The position numbers were made by a program, and so were the translations under genes. A DNA stretch of 64,000 bases from Candidatus Nomurabacteria bacterium (GTDB lineage Bacteria > Patescibacteriota > Minisyncoccia > Phycocordibacterales > SBAW01), in NCBI GenBank assembly GCA_943356495.1, contig CALRFF010000002.1, forward strand, positions 165,875 to 229,874, read 5' to 3'. The notes under the pieces were generated by a model. It made no database searches and was not told the DNA's origin. It saw only the letters and a program-made list of their open reading frames with translations. This document shows positions 1 through 9,870 of the stretch, piece after piece; the stretch's first letter is position 1; every line of letters begins with the position of its first letter.

Positions 1-703
1 CGGCTCGTTTGCAGGCAATACCACAGAGCACCGTTTTACCGAAGCGGAGCGTTTTCGCAAGTCGGAGTACTTGTACGCGGAAGAAAAGCGCATTGCGGAG
101 GAGTATTTGGAAGAGCGGTATGCGGCCCGCGCTAATACTAATGTGGCGGTTGCGATAGTGCGTCCGGCCGCTATTACAGGGCCCCGAGGACGTTTTATGC
201 GTATCCGCTTTGGTTTGCAGGCGACGCTTTCCGGACAAATGAAGGATTCTTTTGTATATCGGCTAGTTTCCGCGATGGTGTCGTTTGTGCCTATTACACC
301 CAAGTGGCTGCGGCAGTTTATCCATGAGGACGACGTTGTGGGTATTACAGAGCGTTTGGCGTTCGGGCCGGGCATCGTCGGCTACGAAGCGTACAACATA
401 TGCCCGCCGGGTGATGTGGTACACGGCAAAGACATGGCAAAAGCGGTGGGTAAGCGCGTGTTGCCGGTCTGGCCGTGGATGGTGCGCCTGCCGTTTTTTG
501 TATTTTGGCATCTTACGCGTGGCAAGATCCCAACTGGCAAAGGTGCGTGGCGTGGGTACTCTTATCCGATAGCCGTGGACGGCTCTAAGCTTACGCGGAT
601 GCTCGGGTACCGGTACCGGCATAACTCCTTTGATGCGTTTTTTTATACCGACGGGAAGTATGAGTCGTATGTGCCCGCAGAAAGCCGTCGCCATAACGCA
701 TGA
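1..703 (+). CDS. NAD-dependent epimerase/dehydratase family protein, 5'-truncated by the window edge (reading frame continues upstream of the listed TTG start at 71)
   Basis: Frame 2 is open from position 2 (GSFAGNTTEHRF...). The sequence resembles C-terminal short-chain epimerase/dehydratase motifs (VAIVRPAAITGPRG). The stop overlaps the folD ATG (ATGA at 700-703). Confidence 0.5.
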   Translation, partial: GSFAGNTTEHRFTEAERFRKSEYLYAEEKRIAEEYLEERYAARANTNVAVAIVRPAAITGPRGRFMRIRFGLQATLSGQMKDSFVYRLVSAMVSFVPITPKWLRQFIHEDDVVGITERLAFGPGIVGYEAYNICPPGDVVHGKDMAKAVGKRVLPVWPWMVRLPFFVFWHLTRGKIPTGKGAWRGYSYPIAVDGSKLTRMLGYRYRHNSFDAFFYTDGKYESYVPAESRRHNA

Positions 704-1455
704 TTATCGACGGCAAGAAAATAGCCGAAGAAATTATCGTCTCGCTCGAGCAGGAGCGTGCCGCGTTTGGCCCGCTTAGCCTCGGTGTATTGATGAGCTC
801 CGGCGATGCCGCCACGGAGTCGTTTGTAAAAATAAAATCCCGCGTGGCCGCGCGGCTGCAGGTTGATGTAAGACTGTTTAAGCCCGATGAGCTCGAGCAA
901 GCACTGCAATGCGACGGTATTATCGTGCAGATGCCTATAGATAACGCCGAGGCGTTGATTGCGGCACTGCCGCGCGAAAAAGACGTCGACGCACTCGGCG
1001 AGCGGCCGTTGGTATTGGCGCCGGTTGCCGCGGCTATTGCCGATTTGTTTGTACGGCACAGCATAACCGCCGCCGGTACAAAAGCGGTCGTAGTAGGTGC
1101 CGGCCGTTTGGTAGGAGTGCCGGCCGCCGCACTGTTGCGCGACTTGGGTGCCGAGGTTGAGGTAGTGACAAAAAATGACGGCTCACTCGCGGGTCTTAAA
1201 GACGCCGACATTGTGATACTTGGGGCAGGCGAGCCGGGGATAGTAAAGCCCGAGATGCTAAAAGAGGGCGTTGTGTTGATAGACGCAGGCACGAGTGAGG
1301 CAAGCGGCCGCATCGCCGGCGACGCGGACCCGCGCTGTGCGGAAGTCGCATCCGTATTTACCCCCGTGCCGGGCGGCATCGGCCCTATTGCCGTTGCGAT
1401 GATTTTTAAAAACTTGTTTGCGTTAAAAAAAGCAAAAGAAAACTCCGACCGTTAG
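700..1455 (+). CDS. folD: Bifunctional 5,10-methylene-tetrahydrofolate dehydrogenase/cyclohydrolase
   Basis: The translation is a typical FolD: MIIDGKKIAEEI start, NAD(P)-binding VVGAGRLVGVPAA, and C-terminal TPVPGGIGPIAVAM. Confidence 0.9.
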   Translation: MIIDGKKIAEEIIVSLEQERAAFGPLSLGVLMSSGDAATESFVKIKSRVAARLQVDVRLFKPDELEQALQCDGIIVQMPIDNAEALIAALPREKDVDALGERPLVLAPVAAAIADLFVRHSITAAGTKAVVVGAGRLVGVPAAALLRDLGAEVEVVTKNDGSLAGLKDADIVILGAGEPGIVKPEMLKEGVVLIDAGTSEASGRIAGDADPRCAEVASVFTPVPGGIGPIAVAMIFKNLFALKKAKENSDR

Positions 1456-1462
1456 GTCGGAG
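1443..1462. terminator. Perfect 8-bp hairpin (CTCCGACC-GTTA-GGTCGGAG) between convergent folD and the minus-strand oxygenase; T-tract on the minus strand
   Basis: Read directly from the sequence. The hairpin contains the folD stop codon and is followed on the minus strand by a TTTTCTTTTGCTTTTTTT run. Confidence 0.6.
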
Positions 1463-1469
1463 GTGTTGC

Positions 1470-2327
1470 TTAACCCGGCATCATGACAGGGCGCGGGACG
1501 AAGTATTTGTCGAACTCGTTGAAGGGTATTTCGTAGTTGAAGCCCGGCTCGAAGTCCTTCATGTTGAAGCGCGAGTCGTCGAAACGATGCGTGCCCTGAA
1601 AGTCGACGAAGGTCACCATCGCGAAGCGTTCGCTGGCCGACGACTCGGTCGGCACGACTTGGTGCCACAGAGCCTTGAGCTGGCCCTTTGAGCGGTGCTG
1701 CAACCCCATGCTCGGGAAGATGATGGTCCGCTTTTCGCTCACGGGCCACTCCTTCCACACACGTTCGTGGAGGTCGAGGTATTGGCCGCCCCCCTCGGTT
1801 TCGCCGAGATGGAACGTAAACCCGCCGCGATCGCCGTGCTTGTTGGCCAAGATAGGCTTGTTTTTGGGATACCGCAGATACCGGAACGTCCAGTAATCCT
1901 GGCTTTGCATGACGTCGTCCTCAAAGCCGGGGATGCCGTAACGCTTTTCGACCTCGCGAGCAAAGATCTGCACCACGGGGCCCATCCGGTACAGCAACAC
2001 ATCGACCGCCTCAATGAAGTCGGTCGCGCGCTTGTCGCCGACGAGTTGTGCTTTGGGCAGAAGCTCCGGATAGTTCGCCCGCAGAGCATGAAATAGCTCT
2101 TTTTCATCGGCGTTGGGGCCGGCGTCTTGCCGACACATGTAACCGAAATCTTTGATGCGGTCGCCGCCGGAGAGCAAACGCTTTTGCTCTATTGGCAGCG
2201 TGCAGAACGCTTTCCAAGACTCCATAGCTTCGCCTACCGCATCGCGCAGAAGGATAGGGTAGTCAAACGAGACGAACCCGTTTGTATCGAGTGTACGCAC
2301 GTCCATGCGAGTACTCCTTCGCTTCAA
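1470..2327 (-). CDS. Putative 2-oxoglutarate/Fe(II)-dependent oxygenase (isopenicillin-N-synthase-like fold)
   Basis: HGD (HxD) motif, a downstream His (LWHQVV) and an RFAMVTF (RxS/T-like) motif in a 285-aa protein. No database search was possible. Confidence 0.4.
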   Translation of the reverse strand: MKRRSTRMDVRTLDTNGFVSFDYPILLRDAVGEAMESWKAFCTLPIEQKRLLSGGDRIKDFGYMCRQDAGPNADEKELFHALRANYPELLPKAQLVGDKRATDFIEAVDVLLYRMGPVVQIFAREVEKRYGIPGFEDDVMQSQDYWTFRYLRYPKNKPILANKHGDRGGFTFHLGETEGGGQYLDLHERVWKEWPVSEKRTIIFPSMGLQHRSKGQLKALWHQVVPTESSASERFAMVTFVDFQGTHRFDDSRFNMKDFEPGFNYEIPFNEFDKYFVPRPVMMPG

Positions 2328-2447
2328 ATATCAGTCTGCTCTCAGTATGAGCCCGCCTCGGCAGGGCAAAAGGGGACAACCTGTGGATTACTGGTGGATA
2401 GCTCAGCCGCATTGCCCAAAGGGCTCATTTTTGGTAAGGTAGGCGTC

Positions 2448-3770
2448 ATGTTTGCCATACGGTACGGGGCGGTGGTCGTACTCCTAGTCGCCGGACTGTT
2501 GGGCTTTTTTGTATACAGCACCAATAACCCCGACAGCCGTTTTGCGTTTAAGCTCGGCCTCGACCTTTCCGGCGGTACGCATTTGGTCTACAACGCCGAT
2601 ACGTCCAAGCTTGCGGGCGCCGACATTGCCGATTCTCTGGCGGCACTGCAGGCGGTTATCGAGCGACGCGTCAACGCCTTTGGTGTCGGCGAGCCGGTGG
2701 TGCAGGTACAACAGGGAGGTGCCTTGGGCGGCGGTCAGTACCGTCTTATCGTCGAGTTGCCCGGCATTACCGATGTTAACGAGGCGGTGCGACGCATCGG
2801 CCAGACGCCGACGTTGGAGTTTAAGCTCGTTAAAAAAGAGTTTGAAAATAATTTAGTCGACGCCAACAACGTGCCTAACCCGGAGGCGTTTACCGACACC
2901 GGGCTTACCGGCAAATATCTCTCAAGCGCGTCGCTGCAGTTTAGCGGCTCGACAGGGGTGGCCAGCCAGCCGGTGGTGCAGGTGACCTTTAACAACGAGG
3001 GTGCGAAACTTTTTGGTGATATTACACTGCAAAATAAAGGTAACCTCTTAGCGATATTTCTCGACGGCAACCTTATTTCTGCCCCGACCATACAAGACTC
3101 GATTACCGACGGTAAGGCGATTATCAGCGGCAGCTTTACCGCCCAAACCGCCAAAGAACTGGCGACCAACCTTAACCTCGGCGCACTGCCGGTGCCTATT
3201 GCTCTGGAGTCTACACAAACTATCGGTGCTACCTTGGGCCAAGAGGCCACCCGCGCTGGGCTTGTGGCCGGTATTATCGGCTTTATAGCGCTCGCGGCAT
3301 TTATGATTTTTTGGTACCGCTTGCCCGGCGTTGTGTCGGTGGTGTCGCTTTTTATCTACGTCGTGCTTATGCTCGCGCTCTTTAAACTTATGCCGGTGGT
3401 GCTTACGGCCGCGGGTATTGCGGCGTTTATACTTTCGGTCGGGTTGGCGGTTGACGCTAACGTGCTTATCGCCGAGCGCATGAAGGAGGAGTTGGCGGCC
3501 GGCGCCAAGCCCGAGGCGGCCATCCGCGAGGGCTTTAGCCGTGCATGGCTTGCCATACGCGACAGCAACGTCGCGCACATTATCGCGGCGGTTATTCTCT
3601 TTTGGTTTTCAACCTCGCTTATTAAAGGCTTTGCGTTGGTGTTCGGGCTTGGTGTAGTTATCTCGATGCTTTCGGCTATTACTATCTCGCGCACCTTTAT
3701 GCTGGCGCTCGGAGTCAATACCGACACCACACTGGGTCGCTTCCTGATGCGCTCAGGGCTTCGTAAATAA
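2448..3770 (+). CDS. secD: Protein translocase subunit SecD
   Basis: Start chosen at the ATG (MFAIRYGAVVVLLVAG...) preceding the first TM helix. The long periplasmic domain and C-terminal 6-TM region are typical of SecD. The listed 2127 start would overlap the divergent upstream gene. Confidence 0.85.
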   Translation: MFAIRYGAVVVLLVAGLLGFFVYSTNNPDSRFAFKLGLDLSGGTHLVYNADTSKLAGADIADSLAALQAVIERRVNAFGVGEPVVQVQQGGALGGGQYRLIVELPGITDVNEAVRRIGQTPTLEFKLVKKEFENNLVDANNVPNPEAFTDTGLTGKYLSSASLQFSGSTGVASQPVVQVTFNNEGAKLFGDITLQNKGNLLAIFLDGNLISAPTIQDSITDGKAIISGSFTAQTAKELATNLNLGALPVPIALESTQTIGATLGQEATRAGLVAGIIGFIALAAFMIFWYRLPGVVSVVSLFIYVVLMLALFKLMPVVLTAAGIAAFILSVGLAVDANVLIAERMKEELAAGAKPEAAIREGFSRAWLAIRDSNVAHIIAAVILFWFSTSLIKGFALVFGLGVVISMLSAITISRTFMLALGVNTDTTLGRFLMRSGLRK

Positions 3771-3774
3771 TTCT

Positions 3775-4674
3775 ATGAACATCGCAAAAAATCTTAAATA
3801 CTTTTTTATCCTGCCGGCGGCTCTTACTATTGCGTCGATATTGGCGCTTGCGCTGTGGGGGCTTAAGCCGGGCATCGACCTTTCCGGCGGGTCGCTCCTT
3901 GAGGTGGCGTACCCCGCGGGCCGCCCGCCGGTCGAGCTGGTGCGCTCGGCGGTCAATAACATCGGTCTTGGCGAAGTGCGCGTGCAGGAGAGCGGTGATT
4001 TTGATTACGTACTGCGTCAGCGTAATTTGAGCGAAGAGGAGCGCTTGCAGTTGCTGCAACCCTTGCGCAACCTAGGCGAGATGGAGGAGGTGCAGTTTAC
4101 CTCGGTAGGGCCGACGCTCGGCGCCGAGCTGCTCCACAAGGCATGGATAGCGATTGCGTTGGTGGTGCTGTGCATTATTGCGTTTATCGCTTTTGCGTTC
4201 CGTGGCGTGTCTAAGCCGGTTGCTTCGTGGAAGTACGGCATTGTGGCTATTGTCACGTTGCTGCACGACATTATTATCCCGGCAGGCCTTTTTGCGGCGC
4301 TGGGGCACTTTATCGGCGCCGAGGTTGACTCGTTGTTTATTGTGGCACTTCTGACTATTCTTGGTATTTCTATCAACGACACTATTGTCGTCTTTGATCG
4401 TATCCGCGAGAACTTGCGTCGCAACATCGACCACAATAAAAAAGAGGCGTTTGACGAGGTGGTGGGCCGCTCGATTATGCAGACGCTCGCGCGCTCTATT
4501 AACACCAGCCTTACGGTGGTGATTGTGCTTGTTGCGCTGTACTTCTTTGGCCCTGTAGCGACCCAAAACTTTGCGCTCACGCTTATTGTCGGCATGGTCG
4601 CCGGCACCTACTCGTCGATATTCCTCGCGTCTCCGCTCTTGGTGGCTTGGGAAAAATGGCAGAAAAAGAGCTAA
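3775..4674 (+). CDS. secF: Protein translocase subunit SecF
   Basis: A SecF-like protein (GIDLSGGSLLEV motif, C-terminal TM bundle) immediately downstream of secD. Confidence 0.85.
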   Translation: MNIAKNLKYFFILPAALTIASILALALWGLKPGIDLSGGSLLEVAYPAGRPPVELVRSAVNNIGLGEVRVQESGDFDYVLRQRNLSEEERLQLLQPLRNLGEMEEVQFTSVGPTLGAELLHKAWIAIALVVLCIIAFIAFAFRGVSKPVASWKYGIVAIVTLLHDIIIPAGLFAALGHFIGAEVDSLFIVALLTILGISINDTIVVFDRIRENLRRNIDHNKKEAFDEVVGRSIMQTLARSINTSLTVVIVLVALYFFGPVATQNFALTLIVGMVAGTYSSIFLASPLLVAWEKWQKKS

Positions 4675-4683
4675 ACTAGGCTC

Positions 4684-5229
4684 ATGATTATCGGGATTAC
4701 CGGCACCAACGGGGCAGGCAAGGGCACGGTGGTCGACTATTTGGTTAAGCAAAAAGGTTTTACGCACTACTCGGGGCGAGCTTTTATCACCGAAGAGATT
4801 TTGAAACGCGGTTTGCCGGTTAACCGCGACAATACTAACTTGGTGGGTAATGATTTGCGCAAAACATACGGCGCCGGTTACATCGCCGAACAGCAACTGG
4901 CTCGAGCACAGGCAAAGGGGGGCGATGCGGTTATCGAGAGTATTCGCGCCATTGGCGAGGCGGAGTTTTTAAAATCACAGGGAGCAAAAATATGGGGAGT
5001 CGACGCCGATCGTCGGGAGCGTTATGAGCGCAGTGTCATGCGAGGAACCGATTTGGATAAGATTTCGTTCGAGAAGTTTTGCGAGCAGGAGGATAGGGAG
5101 ATGGCTCAGACCGAAAAGTTTGATATGAACGTCCGCGGCGTTTTTGCCTTGGCCGACGTTATTTTGACCAACAACGGCACCCAAGAGGAGCTTTTTACCC
5201 AGGTAGAGGAAGCCCTGAAAATGGCCTGA
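4684..5229 (+). CDS. P-loop nucleoside/nucleotide kinase-like protein (AAA family ATPase; dephospho-CoA kinase/cytidylate kinase-like)
   Basis: N-terminal Walker A IIGITGTNGAGKGT. Small 181-aa size typical of NMP kinases. Confidence 0.5.
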   Translation: MIIGITGTNGAGKGTVVDYLVKQKGFTHYSGRAFITEEILKRGLPVNRDNTNLVGNDLRKTYGAGYIAEQQLARAQAKGGDAVIESIRAIGEAEFLKSQGAKIWGVDADRRERYERSVMRGTDLDKISFEKFCEQEDREMAQTEKFDMNVRGVFALADVILTNNGTQEELFTQVEEALKMA

Positions 5230-5237
5230 ATAGGCCA

Positions 5238-5270
5238 TTTGACATCCCCTCGGGGCTGTATATACTGTCT
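5238..5270 (+). promoter_or_regulatory. Candidate rRNA promoter (TTGACA -35, TG-extended TATATACT -10) upstream of the 16S leader
   Basis: TTGACATCCCCTCGGGGCTGTATATACT read directly from the sequence. About 300-nt leader before the 16S 5' end. Confidence 0.4.
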
Positions 5271-5573
5271 TTATTACTGCCACACGGCGGTTTTTTATTC
5301 GCCCGGACAGCGACTGGGGTGTAGGAGGCTTGCACGGTAGGGACAGTCGGTCATTGAAAATTGAATAAGAAGAAATTGTAAGAATTGATCACACCAAAGA
5401 CCTTTGCCGTACAAGCGGCGAAGGCAAGCAAGCAAAAGTATCTTCTTAAAAAGCTTTAGGAGAGTTTGAGAGAAGAAAACCAAGAGAAACCTGCCAGCCT
5501 AGCGGCTGGTTACATTTCTCTTGTTCCGTTCATCGAGTCTAGGGAGCGAGATTAAAACCTCGTTCTTATATTC

Positions 5574-7030
<1,457 letters not shown>

Positions 7031-7458
7031 AAATGCATTTCTGTATCTCGTACGAGTACAGAAATTGAATCGGCGATCTCATTCGCAAGAATGAAGGCAT
7101 GATAGTGCTAATGCTAAATTGCACTCGGTTTGTGGCCCATACACGTTAGGGCCCTCGAGACCGCCCCAGTACACTGTGGAGTACACAGTCGGAAGCAAGG
7201 CGGTTCGAACGGAACAAGAGAAAGGTAGTTTCTCACTTTTGCGGGTACTCAGTTTTTACAATCCACACCGCCCCTTTACACTAAAAGGGGTTTGGTGCTA
7301 TGGTCGAGTTAGACGCTTTCGCCGGTTCACCAAGCAGAGGAGAAGCGCATGTCGGCCAGTCGCCGCCAACAGCCCACCGAATTTACGTGGCGGGTGCTTA
7401 TCTTCCACCTCAAGAGAACGAGGAGACTGCTCCGATCCTGATTTTTTATGAACGATGT

Positions 7459-7492
7459 CCCGACCGCGCTTTGCGGTCGGGATTTTTCTTTT
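7459..7492 (+). terminator. Rho-independent terminator closing the 16S transcription unit
   Basis: CCCGACCGC-GCTTT-GCGGTCGGG followed by ATTTTTCTTTT. Confidence 0.7.
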
Positions 7493-7586
7493 CTGTGGAT
7501 AACTGTCCTGCTTTTTCTTGTGCTCGTCGGCAATGGGTGCTAAAAATTACCATTAGTTGCACGAATTTCGGAGGGGGAGAAAAATA

Positions 7587-7877
7587 GTGGATTGTCCGCG
7601 CAAGGTTGAGCGCCGCGTTGGCACTCTGACATCCTTCAACACCAAGCCCGGCGAAAGCCACGCGTACGTGCGCGTAAAAGACACATTACTGCACGTGCCT
7701 ATCAGCGCGCGCGGAGTATTGCAGGACGACGGTCAGACCATTGTCCTGTGCGCTAACGGCGACCGTTACAATCCTCTTAAGCTGGGGAGCGCCATTGCTA
7801 TCGACTTGGTGTTCGATGCCGACGGCAAGAACCCCGCCCCGGGCCTTTGGGCCCCAAAACAAAAGCCGCAGCCCTAG
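7587..7877 (+). CDS. Hypothetical small protein (96 aa)
   Basis: GTG start preceded by a strong SD (GGAGGGGGAG, 6-nt spacer). The listed ORF begins at an upstream in-frame TTG. No recognisable domain. Confidence 0.4.
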   Translation: MDCPRKVERRVGTLTSFNTKPGESHAYVRVKDTLLHVPISARGVLQDDGQTIVLCANGDRYNPLKLGSAIAIDLVFDADGKNPAPGLWAPKQKPQP

Positions 7878-7924
7878 CGCTGCGGCCTTTTTCTTTTGCC
7901 GTATTTTTGCTACTATCCCAGAAC

Positions 7925-7997
7925 GCGCGCTTAGCTCAGTTGGTAGAGCATTCGACTGATACTCGAAAGGTCCTAGGTTCGATCCCTAGAGCGCGCA
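7925..7997 (+). tRNA. tRNA-Ile (anticodon GAU)
   Basis: Cloverleaf folded by hand. Acceptor GCGCGCT/AGCGCGC, D-arm AGCTCAGTTGGTAGAGC, anticodon loop CTGATAC, T-arm CTAGGTTCGATCCCTAG. Preceded by a TG-extended -10 (TGCTACTAT at 7903-7911). CCA not encoded. Confidence 0.8.
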
Positions 7998-8032
7998 CCC
8001 GTCAGATCAGAAAAAGTATTCGTGTATTGAGT

Positions 8033-8114
8033 GGGCATGTGGCGGAACTGGTATACGCGTACGTCTCAGAAGCGTATCCCGTAAGGGTTGGGAGTTCGAG
8101 TCTCCCCATGCCCA
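8033..8114 (+). tRNA. tRNA-Leu (anticodon CAG), long variable arm
   Basis: Acceptor GGGCATG/CATGCCC, anticodon stem TACGT/GCGTA with loop CTCAGAA, variable stem-loop CCCGTAAGGG, T-arm GGGAGTTCGAGTCTCCC. Confidence 0.75.
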
Positions 8115-8204
8115 CTCAGTGCAGGAACCGGTAGTGTCCCCATACTCGTTTTTGTAGTTTTAATCGGGCGTATACTTATAGCTAGTTATTACTAGTGGTC
8201 TTTT

Positions 8205-8813
8205 TTGTATATGAACAAAAAAACTAGAAGCCGTTTTATTGGTCTCGCGGTTATTGTCGGTTTTGCGTTGGGGTTGTGGTGGTTTATAGCGGTGGCGCCG
8301 AATATGGGCATGCCTACCGCGCAAACCGCAACAACTACGCCTGTAGTGCGTAATACCACTGCTTCGGCACCTAAGCCGGCGGGTGGCACCGATATTGTGT
8401 CCGTACTTGGGGGTATTACTAACGCAGGTACTTTTGCCTCGTACCTACGCACAACCGGCGTTGTTAAAACACTTACCGGAGCGGGCCCCTATACGGTGTT
8501 TGCGCCGACTGACTCGTCGTTTGCCCTGCTCGCTAAAGGCAGTATTAGCGGGCTCGGCGCCTTGGCGCAAAAGCGTCTTGTCGAATATCACGTAGTCTCC
8601 GGCAAATTACTCGATGCTGATGCGGTGTACAGCGGCATTTACTACGCTCTCTCGCGCGACGCACTTAACTTCTCGGTGCCGATTAACAGCGGCAAGGTCT
8701 ATATAAACAGCGCTACTGTTGTGGGGCAATACAAAGCCAGCAACGGCATCGTCTACATGATTTCCTCAGTCCTGTTCCCTCCGACCGCAAGTGTTACACC
8801 GACGCCGCACTAA
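8205..8813 (+). CDS. Fasciclin (FAS1) domain-containing membrane-anchored protein
   Basis: N-terminal TM helix, Thr-rich linker, then FAS1 motifs (GPYTVFAPTDSAF ... SNGIVYMISSVLFPP). Confidence 0.75.
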   Translation: MYMNKKTRSRFIGLAVIVGFALGLWWFIAVAPNMGMPTAQTATTTPVVRNTTASAPKPAGGTDIVSVLGGITNAGTFASYLRTTGVVKTLTGAGPYTVFAPTDSSFALLAKGSISGLGALAQKRLVEYHVVSGKLLDADAVYSGIYYALSRDALNFSVPINSGKVYINSATVVGQYKASNGIVYMISSVLFPPTASVTPTPH

Positions 8814-8840
8814 GTAGTTCTCTAGCGTAGATATAAAAGA

Positions 8841-8870
8841 CCCCAAGCTCGCGCTTGGGGTTTGTCGTTT
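8841..8870. terminator. Bidirectional hairpin terminator (CCCCAAGC-TCGC-GCTTGGGG) flanked by A/T runs on both strands
   Basis: Read directly from the sequence. It separates the convergent fasciclin gene and the minus-strand small ORF. Confidence 0.55.
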
Positions 8871-9063
8871 ATCGTGCCGCGATAGTATTGGGGGACCCTT
8901 CGTCGTCATCGTTGTAGTTGGCCTGGGCCTGCTGTTGCTGACCCTCGTTCGAAAGGTTGTTAACGCCGGCCGCCCGACGGAGCATCTGGTCGGCCCGTAT
9001 CCGGACGGGTTGAGATGGTGGGTTGATGGGGAATACCTTCTTGGGGATCCTCTTTTCAGACAT
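8869..9063 (-). CDS. Hypothetical small protein (64 aa, Gln/Asp-rich C-terminus)
   Basis: ORF ends adjacent to the bidirectional terminator and sits between the two fasciclin paralogs. No domain recognised. Confidence 0.25.
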   Translation of the reverse strand: MSEKRIPKKVFPINPPSQPVRIRADQMLRRAAGVNNLSNEGQQQQAQANYNDDDEGSPNTIAAR

Positions 9064-9231
9064 TTTCGTCTTCCACTTGTTTGAGTTGCCGTCGCCGCAC
9101 GCAGTACAAACTTATATAACCCTACAACACTTCTGTTACTGCATCAACCATGAGCGCTTCAGACTCCCTTCACGCGCTGTCTGTACAGTTGAGCTATTAC
9201 CCGCAGTTTTTAACACATCCAATATTATTTT

Positions 9232-9870
9232 ATGGACTCTAACAATACGTGGGGCTGGGTCGTCGGTGTCATTATTGTGCTGCTCGTCATACTGGGCCTT
9301 TGGTGGCTTGTAAGCGCCAACCCTGCTACCGACAATAACGGCATAGCGACTACCACTCCGCAGACGGCTACCACCACTAACACCGGCACCAACCCGGCGC
9401 CGGTCGTTTCAGAGACGCGCACTTCATCGACCGTCGCGGCAATCGCCGCAAGTCTCACCGGCTCAAGCAACTTCGAGGCACTTCTCGTCTCGACCGGCGT
9501 TGCCGCCACCCTTGCAGGCAAGGGTCCGTACACGCTCTTTATCCCGACCGACTCTGCTTACGCGAGCCTTACCCCCGGCACCCTTAGTCAGGCGACTGCC
9601 GCGCAAAAGAAGCGCATCGCACAATACGCGGTCGTCTCGGGCAAGGCGCTCGACATCGACGCGGTTAGCAGCGGCACCTACGCGGCGCTCTCCAAAGACA
9701 TGCTCAACTTTCAGGTCAACCTGCAAAAAAGCACGGTGATGGTTAACAGCGGTACCGCTATCCGCCAGTACAAGGCAAGCAACGGCATTGTCTACGTCAT
9801 CAACGCGGTGCTCGTGCCGCCGCAAACGGGCGCAACCACCACCGGCTCCACCGGCACCCCGCACCCTTAA
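9232..9870 (+). CDS. Fasciclin (FAS1) domain-containing membrane-anchored protein (paralog of 8205-8813)
   Basis: Same architecture as its neighbour (GPYTLFIPTDSAYASL ... SNGIVYVINAVLVPP). Confidence 0.75.
   Translation: MDSNNTWGWVVGVIIVLLVILGLWWLVSANPATDNNGIATTTPQTATTTNTGTNPAPVVSETRTSSTVAAIAASLTGSSNFEALLVSTGVAATLAGKGPYTLFIPTDSAYASLTPGTLSQATAAQKKRIAQYAVVSGKALDIDAVSSGTYAALSKDMLNFQVNLQKSTVMVNSGTAIRQYKASNGIVYVINAVLVPPQTGATTTGSTGTPHP

Noticed and set aside
591-1379. 262-aa minus-strand ORF, and a 138-aa one at 643-1059, antisense to folD
   Set aside because: Low-complexity Ala/Ser/Thr-rich translations typical of antisense frames in high-GC coding DNA. They are fully embedded in the well-supported folD gene.
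2127-2447. Long N-terminal extension of the secD ORF as listed (start 2127)
   Set aside because: It would overlap the divergently transcribed oxygenase gene by 200 nt. The SecD signal-anchor helix begins right after ATG 2448.
3048-4896. Several 100-270-aa minus-strand ORFs (3048-3578, 3356-3730, 4017-4607, 4072-4896) inside secD/secF
   Set aside because: Arg/His-rich or low-complexity antisense translations with no motifs. The sense-strand SecD/SecF calls are strong.
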